DNA of 64,000 nucleotides from Mustelus asterias (GCF_964213995.1 NC_135804.1:59024001-59088000), one strand, 5' to 3'; counted from the stretch's first letter, positions 1-12,160 are shown. Numbers and translations: made by a program. Notes: a model not told the origin generated them from the letters alone.

Positions 1-257
1 CATTTTCCAACGTTACCAGGAGTAGGCTATCATGTAGTTGCAGAAAGTACATCCAGTAACAAGGACTTCCATTAACATAATAAAATGCTCCAAGGTTCTT
101 CACAGAAACATTAGGTAACAAAATTAGATTGTAAGCTGTGTAATGAGACATTGGGACAGATGAACAAGAGCTCAGTCAAAGAGATATATTTTAAGAAGTA
201 TCTTAAATGAAGTAGAACAAGTAGAGGGGTGGAGAATTCCAAAACTAGTAGCAAGTA

Positions 258-565
258 GGCGGCACGGTGGCACAGTGTTTAACACTGATGCCTCACAGTG
301 CCAGGGACCTGGGTTCGATTCCTGCATTGGGTCACTATGTGGAGTCTGCAAGTTCTCCTTGTGTCTGCGTGGGTTTCCTCTGGGAGCTCTGGTTTCCTTC
401 CACAGTCCGAAAACGTGATGGTTAGGTGCATTGGCTATGATTATTTCTCCCTCACTGTACCCAAAAAGGCGCTGGAGTGTGGCGACTAGGGGATTTTTAC
501 AGTAACTTCATTGCAGTGTTAATGTAAAACCTACTTGTGACTAATAAGTAAACTGTAACTTTAAA
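258..565 (+). mobile_element. tRNA-headed SINE (HE1-like head, tail type ending ...aataaataaacttt)
   Basis: A-box-like GGTGGCACAGTG, B-box GGTTCGATTCC and the conserved core gtgtctgcgtgggtttcctc shared with eight other copies. Confidence 0.85.
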
Positions 566-694
566 TACTGAATTAGAGCGCAGAACCAGTCCCATACCTA
601 GAACAGAGCAGGAAGCTGATACTTTGGTGTCACTTGAATACTAAGATTGTTCTAATCAGATGAAATACATTTGTTTCTTTTTATCATGTTTCAG

Positions 695-808
695 GAAGAA
701 ATTCTTTATGACTGGATCAATCCAATTTACTTGGATGTTTCAACTCAAGTTCATGTCCAGGATGAGTTTGAGGAGAAATCTGAGATACTTCTAAAGAACT
801 TTTTCAAG
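695..808 (+). CDS. OGFOD1: OGFOD1 internal coding exon ([14 protein letters not shown]...LLKNFFK)
   Basis: tttcag acceptor and AAG|gt donor, phase 0-0. Peptide matches the remembered vertebrate OGFOD1 segment [13 protein letters not shown]...QEEFEE.SEILLK.F.K. Confidence 0.93.
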
Positions 809-954
809 GTGAAAACTCAGTCGGGGATTAGTTCAGTTGAATGGCAAGAGCCCTTTTCAAAAAATGTTTGTGGAACACGAACAGGGATTGGATGTGTTTC
901 AATGAGAACAGCAATGGGAAGGCCCATGACGTGTATCAATTTCTTTGTTCAAAT

Positions 955-1779
955 TGTTGTAGGGAAATATCCCTTACCAGTGCAGAATAGAAGTTGAGTC
1001 GCAAATCAAGGTTCAAAGCGTGTCTTTATTGTACAATTACTGGGATCCCAGGGAGACCCCCGTAGCCAGCTCAGAAACAGTGGCTTGGCCACGTTGATCT
1101 CAATTAAATCACATCAGCGGTGTATCTTTATAGAGTTTCAAATTCAAGCGGGAACATTTGATTATGCATTTTTACAATATGTATAAAGTGGTCTGTCAGT
1201 TTAAAAAGTCCCTAGGAAGTTTCATCGATTAGCATTTGTATGGTGTGTGTTCGTGTTAATGGGATTACTTGGTCCTGCCCCGGTGTCTAAATGCGTTTCC
1301 CATTATCTTCTCTATGTGTCCTCTTATCTGAATTGATCTTATTGTTTCGTGTCTGTGTTTCCTGCTTGTGAGATTGAGTGTTAATGTCATCCTGTCCTGT
1401 TGGATGTCTGGAGTATTTCATTCTAATCTTTTATTCTTGTATCTTAGTTTATCAGATTTTTATGTCTGCCTTGGCCGAATTGGTAATATTTCAGTGATAG
1501 CTTGGTTTTGATAGCCCACTCTATGTCTCGTTTCGTAGGGATCTTGATCGTCCTTGGCCAGTTTAAAATGCAGCTGCGCGCTGTTGCTAGGCAGATTAGG
1601 GATCTTCCGTAGTTTTTGAAATTCGTGAGTCTCTCAGCTGTGCAGGGGGGGACCCGATCGAATATCCATCCGGGGGTGCCCCTCTGCATTGTTGGCCCGT
1701 TATGAGTGGTGCCAATTAGTCCAATATGTAAATATGTTTGATGATACAAATATGGTTTTCTGGAAAATTTCCTCCTTCA
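955..1779 (-). mobile_element. Solo LTR, endogenous-retrovirus-like
   Basis: Minus strand begins TGAAGG and ends CAACA. 4-bp TSD AAAT at 951-954 and 1780-1783. Minus-strand TATAAA at 1127-1132 followed by AATAAA at 1025-1030. Confidence 0.8.
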
Positions 1780-1927
1780 AAATGTTGGTATGAAGTGTCC
1801 TCTTTTATTCACTGCTAATTTTTTCGTGATGTTTATCACATACAGATGTAATACATGATGGTGAATTCAGCTCTTGTGGGAAAGGAGAAGGCTGTCATTT
1901 TCTGGCTAACAATTGCCACAAGAAGTC

Positions 1928-2123
1928 GTCTCACAACACCAGGTTAAAGTCCAACAGGTTTATTTGGTATCATGAGCTTTCGGAGCGCTGCTCCTTCATC
2001 ACCTAATAAAGGAGCAGCGCTCCAAAAGCTCATGATCCCAAATAAACCTGTTGGACTTTAACCTGGTGTTGTGAGACTTCTTACTGTGCCTACCCCTGTT
2101 CAACTCCGGCATCTCCATATCAT
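1928..2123. mobile_element. Fold-back Penelope-like terminal-repeat insertion with decayed hammerhead motifs
   Basis: ~75-bp inverted arms. TSD AATTGCCACAAGA(A)GTC at 1911-1927 and 2124-2139. Minus strand reads TGATGA-A-GGAGC-AGC-GCTCC-GAAA-GCTC. Confidence 0.7.
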
Positions 2124-2996
2124 AATTGCCACAAGAGTCAGACAGTTTTGAAAGAAAAGAAACATAGACCCTGAAAGCGAGTCTGGCACTTGGAAGCTAA
2201 CTATCAAGGCAGCTAAACTGAGATTGACATACTTGAGCGAAAGGAGCCCTGTGCCAGGATTATAGGGTAGAATGTAGATGGCTTATTCTGTTTAGATTAA
2301 GCTAAAAGACCCACCAATGTAGAATAGCATTCATTTCTTTAATATCATTATGTGAATTTGTGTTGTGTGATTTAAAGAATGCAACCTATTGCTTCATACA
2401 ATCTACTTTTCTGAATTGTGCAGGTAAGATTAGGAATTCACCTAGTTTAACCCTCAGTCCACCTTCAGAAAGATTGAAGAAATACAAATGTAAAAGACGC
2501 AGAGGGTTTTATTGTTACAACTCTGAGCCTTGCTACCATATAAATGGATATTGAATAGTCAACTCACTAAAAATATGATAATCAGGCCACATACAGGAGT
2601 GATTGACACCGACAAGGTGTCTATAACAATATTAAGTTAATGACAAGTTTAAAGAACAGAAAACTTCTTTAAACTGTTATCTTTGTTAGAAGTGTAGCAA
2701 ACAACTGAATGTTCTGGTTATGATTTTTCATGTTCTTCTGCTTCTTTGAATAAAGTAAGTTCGAAAGAACTTGCGTTTACACAGTGACTTTCATGATCCA
2801 AGGAAGTCCCAAAGTGCTTTACAACCAGTGAAGTACTTTTGAATTGTACTCGTTATATAATGAAACTTGGCAGCCAATTTGCACACAGCAAACTTGCAGA
2901 AACAGTAACGGGGTAATGACAAGATAATCCACGTTGTAATGCTGTTCAATGGACAAATTTTAACCAGGATACCATGAGAACCCCTCTGCTGTTCTT

Positions 2997-3263
2997 ATCA
3001 TAGAATCCCTACAGTGCAGAAACAGGCCATTCGGCCCATCGAGTCTGCATCTCAGGACACTAAGGCGCAATTTTATCAGGGCCAATCAACCTAACCCACA
3101 CATCTTCGGACTGTGGGAGGAAACCAGAGCACCCAGAGGAAACCCACGCAGACACGAGAAGAATGTGCAAACTCCACACAGACAGTGACCCAAGCCGGGA
3201 ATCGAACCCAGGTCCCTGGAGCTGTGAAGCAGCAGTGCTAACCACTGTGCTACCGTGCCGCCC
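2997..3263 (-). mobile_element. tRNA-headed SINE with CR1-like tail
   Basis: Reverse complement of the same head and core, with a tail ending gggattctatgat. Confidence 0.85.
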
Positions 3264-3699
3264 TTTTTCTTCCACCCACTTGGCTGGGAAGATGGGGCCT
3301 TGATTTAATGTTTCATCTGAAAGACAGCACACTGCAAAGCTCTGTCAATACCACATCAGACTGTCAGCTTAGATTATGTGCTCATGTCTTGAAACTTTCT
3401 CATTCAGGTGAGCATGCTAAGCGTGAGCCAAGGCTGACGCTGTAATAAATCTGAGCACTAGTTTAGGCAATTTTTTGAAAAAAGTATTGTGAACATTTCC
3501 ACTTTTTGGATTGCTAGGACTTGGAGTGGGCATCCAGCTTCAGTAAGGAGTTTAGCATGACCATTGGTCCTGGCCTAAGTAATGGAGGCTAGTTTTAGCT
3601 TGTAATTTTTTTTCTGCTTGTGGAAACTTTTGAAAAGCTTGCCTGAGAAATTTGTATTGGCACCCTTCCATCCACGAGTGATGGAACACAGCAATATGG

Positions 3700-4600
3700 G
3701 GGTGTGTCTTCATTTGGTGCACTTTTGCTCATGCTGTGAAGCCCAATCCTCGAGTGACAAGGATTCTGTCAACAAGCACCTTGCATCATGCTGCCAAGTG
3801 ATGGGGATTGTTGTTTTCATTGTTCACACCTAATGCCAAGTTGCTGCAGCCAATAGTCATCATGGTTGTTTTAATAGTGGATGCTAGCCCACAGGAGATA
3901 TCATTATTTCTCTCTTTCACTAGCTACCCACTCCCAGGTATTGTAGTCCCTGCTTAGGGCCTTTATGTCATGTGTGCCAGCTGCCTTAATGCAGAGCCTT
4001 GGGTGCCCATAAGTTGTATTGCTTCGGCTATCTATCTGTGGATATGCAACTGTCCGTCATCCGCGGACATGGCCAATTTACCAAAGCTACCTTTGATTGA
4101 TTAATACCAACACATTTAGGAGCTCTGCCTTTGAGAGGACTGTTACATTCATGATTTTGCCGCAGGCAACAAAGATGGAAATTATTGAGCTTATCTTCCT
4201 GGTAGCTTTAAGATGCCCATGCTTCACAGGTGCTGAGAACATAGGCTTTATAAACCATCAGCTTGGTCCGAAGGATCAGCTTCTTGTATTTCCCTTGCAC
4301 GTTTTGTGTTGGCCAAAGGTGATAGCTGCTTCCCCTATTCATATTTCAAGCTCTGCATCAAAGAACAAATTGTCTGTCACTGTGGACCAAGTGAACAGAA
4401 TTTGCTAACCAATTCCAGTGGGGTGTTATTTAGAGTGATCAGGGATGGGGATGCAATACCTTATTCCATGACCACGGTTTTCTTGATGCTTATAGTCAAG
4501 GAGAACAATTTACAGACTGGCAGACACAGTCTATGAGTCTGGGTAGCTGAGTTTCAGTGTGGGTGACTCGTGCAGCATCATCAGAGTAGAAGACCTTCCC
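3700..4600 (-). mobile_element. RTE-clade LINE fragment (decayed)
   Basis: Minus-strand FYSDDAARVTHTETQLPRLIDC, LTISIKKTVVM and TKLMVYKAYVLST resemble the RTE RT (YADDAAL.AH...LQRLMD). A further piece (EGIYFYTRSD) lies at ~5500-5575. Confidence 0.6.
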
Positions 4601-4689
4601 GATCCAACACACTGGGGGTGATTGGTGCAGCAAGCTGGGAAGATAGCACATGAGGCTTTCACGCTGGGCATGAACTAGTCCTGTGCTGA

Positions 4690-5350
4690 AAGCTATCTTT
4701 CTGGCTCTGTTTTGCCAGTGCAATTGGCTTGCACCCAAAAGGGGCACGAAGCCAGTTTAAATATTAATGACATGTCATTAACATATCCGGTATGGCCGTT
4801 TCTGGCCTCCTGGGTGTCTCTCTCGCCCCCCCCCCCCCGCCCACCACCACCATTGTTGGCGAGAGCTCTCATCAGTGAGAATCACTGCTGGCCGCCACCA
4901 ATGGGACCAAACGTGATGGTCACGCCGGGGGAGATTGGAAGCCATTAAAGCTGTTGAGATGGTTGGGCAGTGCCCATGGTGAGGCAGGGTGGTGAAGAGA
5001 GAGAGTTTTGCAAGGGGGGAGCTCTGCAGAGATGGTGATAGGTGGGGGGGGAGGAGGTCTGCAGACAAGGGTGATCAGTGGGAAGAGGTGTCTATGCACC
5101 GAGGGTGATCGGCGCGAGGGGGACCGTGAAGACAGGATGTGATCATGGGGGTGCTCCGTGGATTGAGGTGATTATTGGGGAGGGAGGAGGGACTGGCATG
5201 GAGCGATCAGTGGGGGGTGAGGAGGTGATGGTGATGTCCATGGTGGGTGGCAGGAGATGGCCCGGTTCACTGCAAGATTGGGATGCCTGCGCGATGGCGC
5301 CCTGAGCAGTCTGCAGCCGGCTTCCCCAGTGAGCTTGGGCTCCGCCCTTT
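4690..5350 (-). mobile_element. Harbinger-type non-autonomous element (partial)
   Basis: GC-rich and G-run-rich body similar to the MITEs at 8949-9920 and 48242-50394. Confidence 0.45.
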
Positions 5351-6170
5351 CCCTCTGGTGAGAGTTGTACTTCTTTCCAAAGAAGTGACAGAGTGTCATA
5401 AGATTGCACTTTCAAACTCGCCCAAAAACTAGGCCTGAAACTCTTTTGTTTTCTCATTCCTTTGGCACTGCGTTTTTTTTCTATCGTCTTGATAGATTGT
5501 ACATTGTCATCTGATCTAGTGTAGAAGTAGATGCCTTCCATTTCTGAAGAGAAGATGAAAGTCAGGAGCATTTAGAGGGCACCAAACAGAATGGGGGCTA
5601 GGGCACAGGCCCGTTTCACTCCATTCTTCACTGACTAAAACCATGCCTCAGTACTGGTAAAAATCCAAACTGCATCGTTCGCTTCAACCTAAAAGGTTAG
5701 AAAAATTTGGTTGGATCTTGGCAAGAAACAAAGAAACTTAAATAACCTGTCTTGCACCTTGTTGCATTAAACATATTAGTGACTGGGCTTCTATAGCTTC
5801 TCATATACTAGCTTAGATTATACTTGTACAGAACTTATTTCTGAGACATGAACTGTACTGTATTAGGAGCACAACATTCCATTTTATCTGTAAATGATGA
5901 AGACTTAACATCAAGGCACATGCTACATGGTCCCATATTGGAGTCACTTATTTTACTTCATGTGTACTGTACATGCAAATGAGCTAACACCAAGATGTAT
6001 GTGAGCCATGCAGCTATGTAATGCGTATTCAGTTGGTACCAGCAAACATATGAACCATGTACTATTAGATGGAGTAAATTGTTTTTTCTACCATGCAAAT
6101 AGAATTGCCTTTGCTCTGCTGGCATACTGGACTCTAACATTAACACCTACATTTTCTTCCACTTGTGCAG

Positions 6171-6250
6171 AAAGAAAAGTTTGAGCTGGTTTGTGAGGCT
6201 TTACGCAACCCTGAGATTAAATGGAAGAGAAGAGGGCCTGCCAACAAGAG
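6171..6250 (+). CDS. OGFOD1: OGFOD1 coding exon (KEKFELVCEALRNPEIKWKRRGPANKR)
   Basis: ttgtgcag acceptor, AG|gtagat donor, phase 0-2. Matches the OGFOD1 EKF..VCEAL....W..RGP.NKR motif. Not in the ORF track. Confidence 0.92.
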
Positions 6251-6333
6251 GTAGATGGATATCAGAACTCTGAAAAAATTGAAGCCTATAGATATTAGAG
6301 CTGTATATTTAACCAGCAGTATGCATTGTGAAG

Positions 6334-7179
6334 TAGAACATAGAACATAGAACAGTACAGCACAGAACAGGCCCTTCGGCCCACAATGTTGTGCCGAGCT
6401 TTATCTGAAACCAAGATCAAGCTATCCCACTCCCTATCATCCTGGTGTGCTCCATGTGCCTATCCAATAACTGCTTAAATGTTCCTAAAGTGTCTGACTC
6501 CACTATCACTGCAGGCAGTCCATTCCACACCCCAACCACTCTCTGCGTAAAGAACCTACCTCTGATATCCTTCCTGTATCTCCCACCACAAACCCTATAG
6601 TTATGCCCCCTTGTAATAGCTCCATCCACCCGAGGAAATAGTCTTTGAACGTTCACTCTATCTATCCCCTTCATCATTTTATAAACCTCGATTAAGTCTC
6701 CCCTCAGTCTCCTCCGCTCCAGAGAGAACAGCCCTAGCTCCCTCAACCTTTCCTCATAAGAGCTACCCTCCAAACCAGGCAGCATCCTGGTAAATCTCCT
6801 CTGCACTCTTTCCAGCGCTTCCACATCCTTATAGTGAGGTGACCAGAACTGCACACAATATTCCAAATGTGGTCTCTCCAAGGTCCTGTACAGTTGCAGC
6901 ATAACCCCACGGCTCTTAAACTCCAGCCCCCTATTAATAAAAGCTAACACACTATAGGCCTTCTTCACAGCTCTATCCACTTGAGTGGCAACCTTTAGAG
7001 ATCTGTGGATATGAACCCCAAGATCTCTCTGTTCCTCCACAGTCTTCAGAACCCTACCTTTGACCCTGTAATCCACATTTAAATTAGTCCTACCAAAATG
7101 AATCACCTCACATTTATCAGGTTTAAATTCCATTTGCCATTTTTCAGCCCAGCTTTGCATCCTATCTATGTCTCTTTGC
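6334..7179 (-). mobile_element. CR1-clade LINE 3' fragment (HER1-like)
   Basis: ORF 6417-7214 has WAEKWQMEF..DKCEVIHFG, RPHLEYCVQFWSP and RRLRGDLIEVYK. (ttctatg)n 3' microsatellite tail. Confidence 0.92.
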
Positions 7180-7240
7180 CTACATTTGCCTACAAGTTTG
7201 CCTACAAGTAGCACCTACTTTGCCTACAAGTAGCACCTAC
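7175..7240 (+). repeat. Iterated TTTGCCTACA(AGTAGCACCTAC) repeat at a CR1 5' junction
   Basis: Four units of 10, 12, 22 and 22 nt. Confidence 0.85.
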
Positions 7241-7337
7241 AGAGAAGATGCAGCAGGGAATTTCTGTAACTATACATCATGCTTAAAAAATCCAAGAAGC
7301 CTAAACCTGGAACAGAATGACAATGTTACATGAACTT

Positions 7338-7549
7338 TGGAAAATCTCAGCAGGTCTGACAGCGTCTGTGGGGAGAGATTAGAGCCAACATTTTGAGTCT
7401 AGATGACCCTTCATCAGAGCTGATGAAAGGACATCTAGACTGGAAACGTTGCCTCTATTATCTCCCTACTGATGCTGTCAGACCTGCTGAGATTTTCCAG
7501 CATTTTCTGTTTTTGTTTCAGACTCCGGCATCTGCAGTATTTTGCTTTT
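7338..7549. mobile_element. Fold-back Penelope-like terminal-repeat insertion, second family, with decayed hammerhead motifs
   Basis: Inverted arms 7338-7499 centred near 7419. Both strands read CTGATGA-A-[stem II]-(G/A)AAA-(C/T)GTT. Related single-arm fragments at ~10320-10410, ~12610-12740 and ~28385-28480. Confidence 0.7.
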
Positions 7550-8461
7550 ATGATACATAAACTTTGTTGTTTTAGGGAAACACAACTATTTTTTCAGCTT
7601 TTCTATCAAATCCTTTCTCTTCCACATGCAAAAGAGATGGCCAGCAGATTTAGTGGGTTGTATAATGGGCCTGCCTCTGAGCCTCTTTTTCATTTTACGC
7701 AACAATATGGATGATGAGCTCTGTAAGCTGAGCATCTTTATCTTTGCTCAGTGACAACATGCATTGTTGCTATAACACACTGCTTCTCTCCAAAAACATT
7801 TTGTCCCTTTAACATATCCTATGGGAAGCAAACTCAAACCTCTGTTTAAAGCAGTTGGGTTATGGTGGGGAAATTTTTCATCTCTTCATCTTTTTATTGT
7901 TTAAATCGTATCACTTTGTGAATATGTGGCTGCATTGGCTCATGTTTGAGTTCCTGTGGACCTTGCCATTTGGTATATGATAGTCATATAGGTGTTATAA
8001 GTTATGTGATTAACAGGGACCAATCACATGAACCCTCGGAATGTCCACATTTGATCTTACAGCAACATTCCAACTCCATCCTGACACTGGAGGCAACCTT
8101 CTCCTCCTAACTTGAATCTAACTTCCTCCAAACTATAATCTGCCATGTTCATAGTCTGGTTGGTGCCTTATTCCCATCCTCATTAGATGTCAACTGGAGA
8201 CCCAGCCTCAGCCTGCATTCTCTGCCTCAGTGTACTTGACTCAACATCAGCAGGCTATGTTATTAAACAGATTATTTTAGTACTGAGATATATCCGAAGC
8301 CCTGCTGATTTTGAAGTCTGTTGCAGACTTCAGAGATATGACGTTCCCACTGTTCCACTGAAATAAATGACAAAAGTTGTTAGTATTGAGATATCTGTAT
8401 CTGGTCGATTTATTTTTCTGGTATGTGACTGGCACTGTGATATTACCTCTTTGTTTTATAG

Positions 8462-8772
8462 ATGCTATGATCAAGCAGAGAAAGATGGCCTCCCTGATAT
8501 TCTTGCCAAGTGTATGGAGCTGTTTCATTCTGAGGCCATGTTCCTGCTTCTATCCAATTTTACTGGCTTAAAACTCCATTTCCTCGCATCCTCAGATAGT
8601 AATGATGATGAGGATGAACAGGAGGATGAAGAGGAGGAGTCTGATGGCCACGAACAAGCATGTTCTAGCACTGCAAAAGGAAGCAAAGCTGATTCAACAG
8701 AAGATGATCGGAGAAGAAAGGGAGATAAGGTTGGACCAAAGGAAGTTGAGATGCCAGGAGAGAGTCCCAAAG
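8462..8772 (+). CDS. OGFOD1: OGFOD1 coding exon ([42 protein letters not shown] + acidic linker)
   Basis: ttttatag acceptor, G|gtaaac donor, phase 2-1. [20 protein letters not shown] is characteristic of OGFOD1. Confidence 0.95.
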
Positions 8773-8948
8773 GTAAACTTCACAGAAAACGAGTCCAAAA
8801 CTCTAAGTGAACGATTGTTTTTAGGAGTTCAGAACTGATTTGGAAATGAGACTAGTAAAACCATCATATTAATTGTTACAGACAAGAGAGGGATTAATTT
8901 AAACAGACCTGATTTCTTCTCTCACTACCCATCTGGAAAAGAAAAGTT

Positions 8949-9920
8949 GGGGGCAATTCTCCCCAAAAAATTCAAAGTGTTGAATTTGTGTAAAAACTGG
9001 AGTAAATCACGCTAGATTTTTCAGTGGCAGTTTAGAAAAGAATCTCCCACACACTGCACTGCAGAGAGCACTAGCATGAATCCTGTTGAAAAGCTGTGGG
9101 CAAGGCCTAGCCCGAGGAGGAGGCTGGCAGCACAGCGCTGAGCAGGCCACTGCTGAGATCAGCACATGCGCAGTTGCCCCTGTCTGCCAGCCTCCCGATT
9201 GCTGACCAGCCCCGCAATCCCACAAACTGGCCCTCTCAACCCCCCCTCCTCCACCCCACCCCCCATGGCCCGATCACTGGTCTCCTGGATCTCCCGCCCA
9301 CTCCACCCTGATGGTCAGCCCTGATCAATGGCCTTCCTCCCTCCTCCGCTGATCCTGACTGCAGAGTGGCAGCGGGGACCCCCCCCTCCCCCCAGAGACC
9401 CCGTCCCCCATTATGCTCACCCCCTAGGCACTACTCTATGCCCAGTTGGAAGTTCCAAGACGCCCCCTGGGCATTGTCACTTTGCCCCTTGGGCAATGCC
9501 AGGGGGCCCAAGCTGACACTGCCAAGGTACCAATGTCCCAGCACCTGACCCTCTGGGCGGCCTCGATTGCACCCCCTCCTTCACTCCAGCGGGGCTGGGC
9601 TGCCAACTCCTTGTTAGTGGGGAGCTACTGTAAAGCCTGCTGGAGTGAAATACTCTGGGCGGGGTGGGGGAGGCTAGCGGACCCAGAGACTTCAGTCCCA
9701 GGCCCGCTAATTATATTCAAATGATATTGGAATGACTGTGTGAATTTCTAATGCAGCTCTGCACTGATTTCTGGCACGGAGCTGATGGCGTCAGAAATCC
9801 GGCGCTGGGAGATGCACTCAGGGCTGGACGCCCTGCACAAATTGCGCAATTGGTTGGCGCTTGAATCTCCTGGGCTGCTGCGCTAAAAAACCAGCGTAGC
9901 GGGATGGGAGATTTGTCCCC
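8949..9920 (+). mobile_element. Harbinger-type MITE
   Basis: Imperfect TIRs GGGGGCAATTCTCCC and GGGAGATTTGTCCCC. Body homologous to 48242-50394. Confidence 0.7.
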
Positions 9921-10663
9921 GTTGTTTTTGTTTTCCTCTTTATAAATGGCAGCGTATTTTCCCCAACCCCTCATTTTGGAACCTGCGAATCCTCTATTAA
10001 TAATCTCGCAGCAAAATCAAGATGAGATAAAATAAGAAGGTTAGTTTATTTTATATACACACACAAGACATGAGAAAAGGGTTTTAAAATGTCCATCCCT
10101 TTTGTACTCGTACAATAAAGGAGGGATAAGGGAAAGAAAGGGGTACAGTGCAAGACCCAGATAAAATTAGAGGTATGGTTATAGGTGAGTGCAGAATCCA
10201 GAATCAAACGTCTAATGGTGTATTCCTTCAGAGGATAGCAGGCTGACTGTTGTAGGTCATATGTCTTCCCAGAAGGGAGGACTTTCACGATGGAAGAAGG
10301 CACGTAGAGATGAATTGGAACAAAAACAGAAAACGCTGGAAGATCTCAGCACATCTGTTAGCATCTGTGGAGAGAGAAAAGAGCCACTGTTTCGAGTCAG
10401 GATGACCCTGCTCCAACCTGTTAGATGGTAAATAGCTGACAGAGATAAGTTGCTTGCATGGAGTCCTGCTTCTATTCTGAGGTCAAGAAATAACTAGATA
10501 AAATTCAAAAGCTGTATAACTACATGAATTAAGACAGTTCAAGTCTAGGTCACCTGGCAGGATGATTTTGGGTTGAATTGTTTGGCTAATGAAGCCTCTG
10601 GTTGGAACCCATAATGTTTTGGTGCAGGTAAAATGAGGCCATTAGCACCACAATGGAAATTTG

Positions 10664-10776
10664 GGCCCTGATTTTGCTGGCACGGCCGCCCAAGTCTCGT
10701 AAGGCCAACAGGGAATGCCGTTCTGCGAGCCTCGCTCACCTGGATTTCGGGAGGCAGTGCCGGTAAAATCAGGGCC
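10664..10776. mobile_element. Small MITE
   Basis: 20-bp TIRs GGCCCTGATTTTGCTGGCAC and GTGCCGGTAAAATCAGGGCC, similar to the Harbinger end at 17271. Confidence 0.7.
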
Positions 10777-11206
10777 TAGGAGTCACAAACCGCTGCCTTT
10801 GTCCATAGCTCGTTAGGGCAGACATCCTGTCTGCTAATTTATTGTGTTGGCTTGGTTAGAATTTGTATATAATGCAAAGTTAATGATCCTCTAGGGAGCA
10901 GTGACCATAGTATGATAGAATTCGAAATTCAGTTTGGGGGTGAGAAAGTGGAGTCCCACACTAGCGTTCTGGAATTAAACAAATGATCTGGAATATGTTG
11001 CTCTAGGTCACTTATGTATGCTTGAGTACCACTGAGACAAGTCACCTGAATGTCAATTGTTGAATGTTCCAATGAAGCTACATAAAAAAGGAGACAAGAC
11101 ACTATAATTAAAAATAACAGGCCAAAGCAATGTTTAGTTCTTCAGAAACTCAAAAGCAATAGGTTAAAGACTGCGAATATACTTTCATTATGTTTGTTCA
11201 TCACAG

Positions 11207-11335
11207 ATCCTAGTGTTCCTGTTTGCCGAGGGGAATTGCGACACTGGAGAAATGGATTCTACACACTTATTCATGATACCAATGTAGAAAATTCGGAGTT
11301 TGCTCTGGATCTGCTGTTGTGCTGTGGATGTGAAG
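11207..11335 (+). CDS. OGFOD1: OGFOD1 coding exon ([24 protein letters not shown]...[13 protein letters not shown])
   Basis: tcacag acceptor, G|gtatga donor, phase 1-1. Matches the OGFOD1 C-terminal domain SVP.C.GELRHW..G.YTLIHD...EFALDL. Confidence 0.94.
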
Positions 11336-12028
11336 GTATGAGCTGACAGTTTTATTCTGACAGAAGTGAATTCTTAACCCACTTAGGGAGTTGTAAAGAA
11401 GGATATTTGAATTGTGAGAGGTGGAATAAAATTGGCAAAAGTAGAGACAAATTGAATTAAAGAATAATCAATAGTCCATTCCACTTCTCTTGAGGTACTG
11501 CTGATCCATGTGGATTTTATTATATTTCAATTGACCCATCTATAGATTTGCATTTTCTGTTGGTTTAACGTGCATATTTACCTTAGATTTTGTATGACTG
11601 GTTGTTATTATTTGCAAACTTTACATTCTTTATGAATCAGATGTGTCTGTGCAATTTCAATATGTGAATGAACATAGTGAAACTCGGACTGAACCAAAAG
11701 CCCTCATCAATGTACTCAATATAAATCCTGTGTTACATGAGCTCCTTGACTACTGGATAGAAGAATATAACAAATTGTGACTCAGGATTTAAATCAACAT
11801 TACCATTAAGAGAAAAGTGAACAGTACTCAGACCAGCCATATATTTAATGTGATTATAATCGTCTCAATGTTTTCAATATCAAAGCAACAAATGTGATAC
11901 AAATTTAGGACTGATTTCAGGAGCATCTTACTCTTGCAAAGTGACAACATATGTCACAGGGAAATGGAATTGAAAACTCTGGATAATTTTAAGAAAGTAT
12001 TGAATGCTGAACTGGAAAAAATTTAGCA

Positions 12029-12127
12029 TCATAGAAACATAGAAAATAGGAGCAGGAGGAGGCTATTCGGTCATTTGAGCCTGCACCGCCATTCATTGCT
12101 GATCATCCAACTCAATAGCCTGATCCC

Positions 12128-12160
<33 letters not shown>

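Noticed and set aside
258-330. tRNA gene
   Set aside because: The A/B boxes belong to the SINE head, and it continues into the SINE core instead of closing a cloverleaf.
1444-1749. 101-aa minus-strand ORF in the U3 of the solo LTR as an accessory gene
   Set aside because: It has a non-ATG start and no recognisable motif, and the length is compatible with chance.
8595-8772. Acidic low-complexity stretch in OGFOD1 as a novelty
   Set aside because: Vertebrate OGFOD1 has a variable acidic linker at this position.
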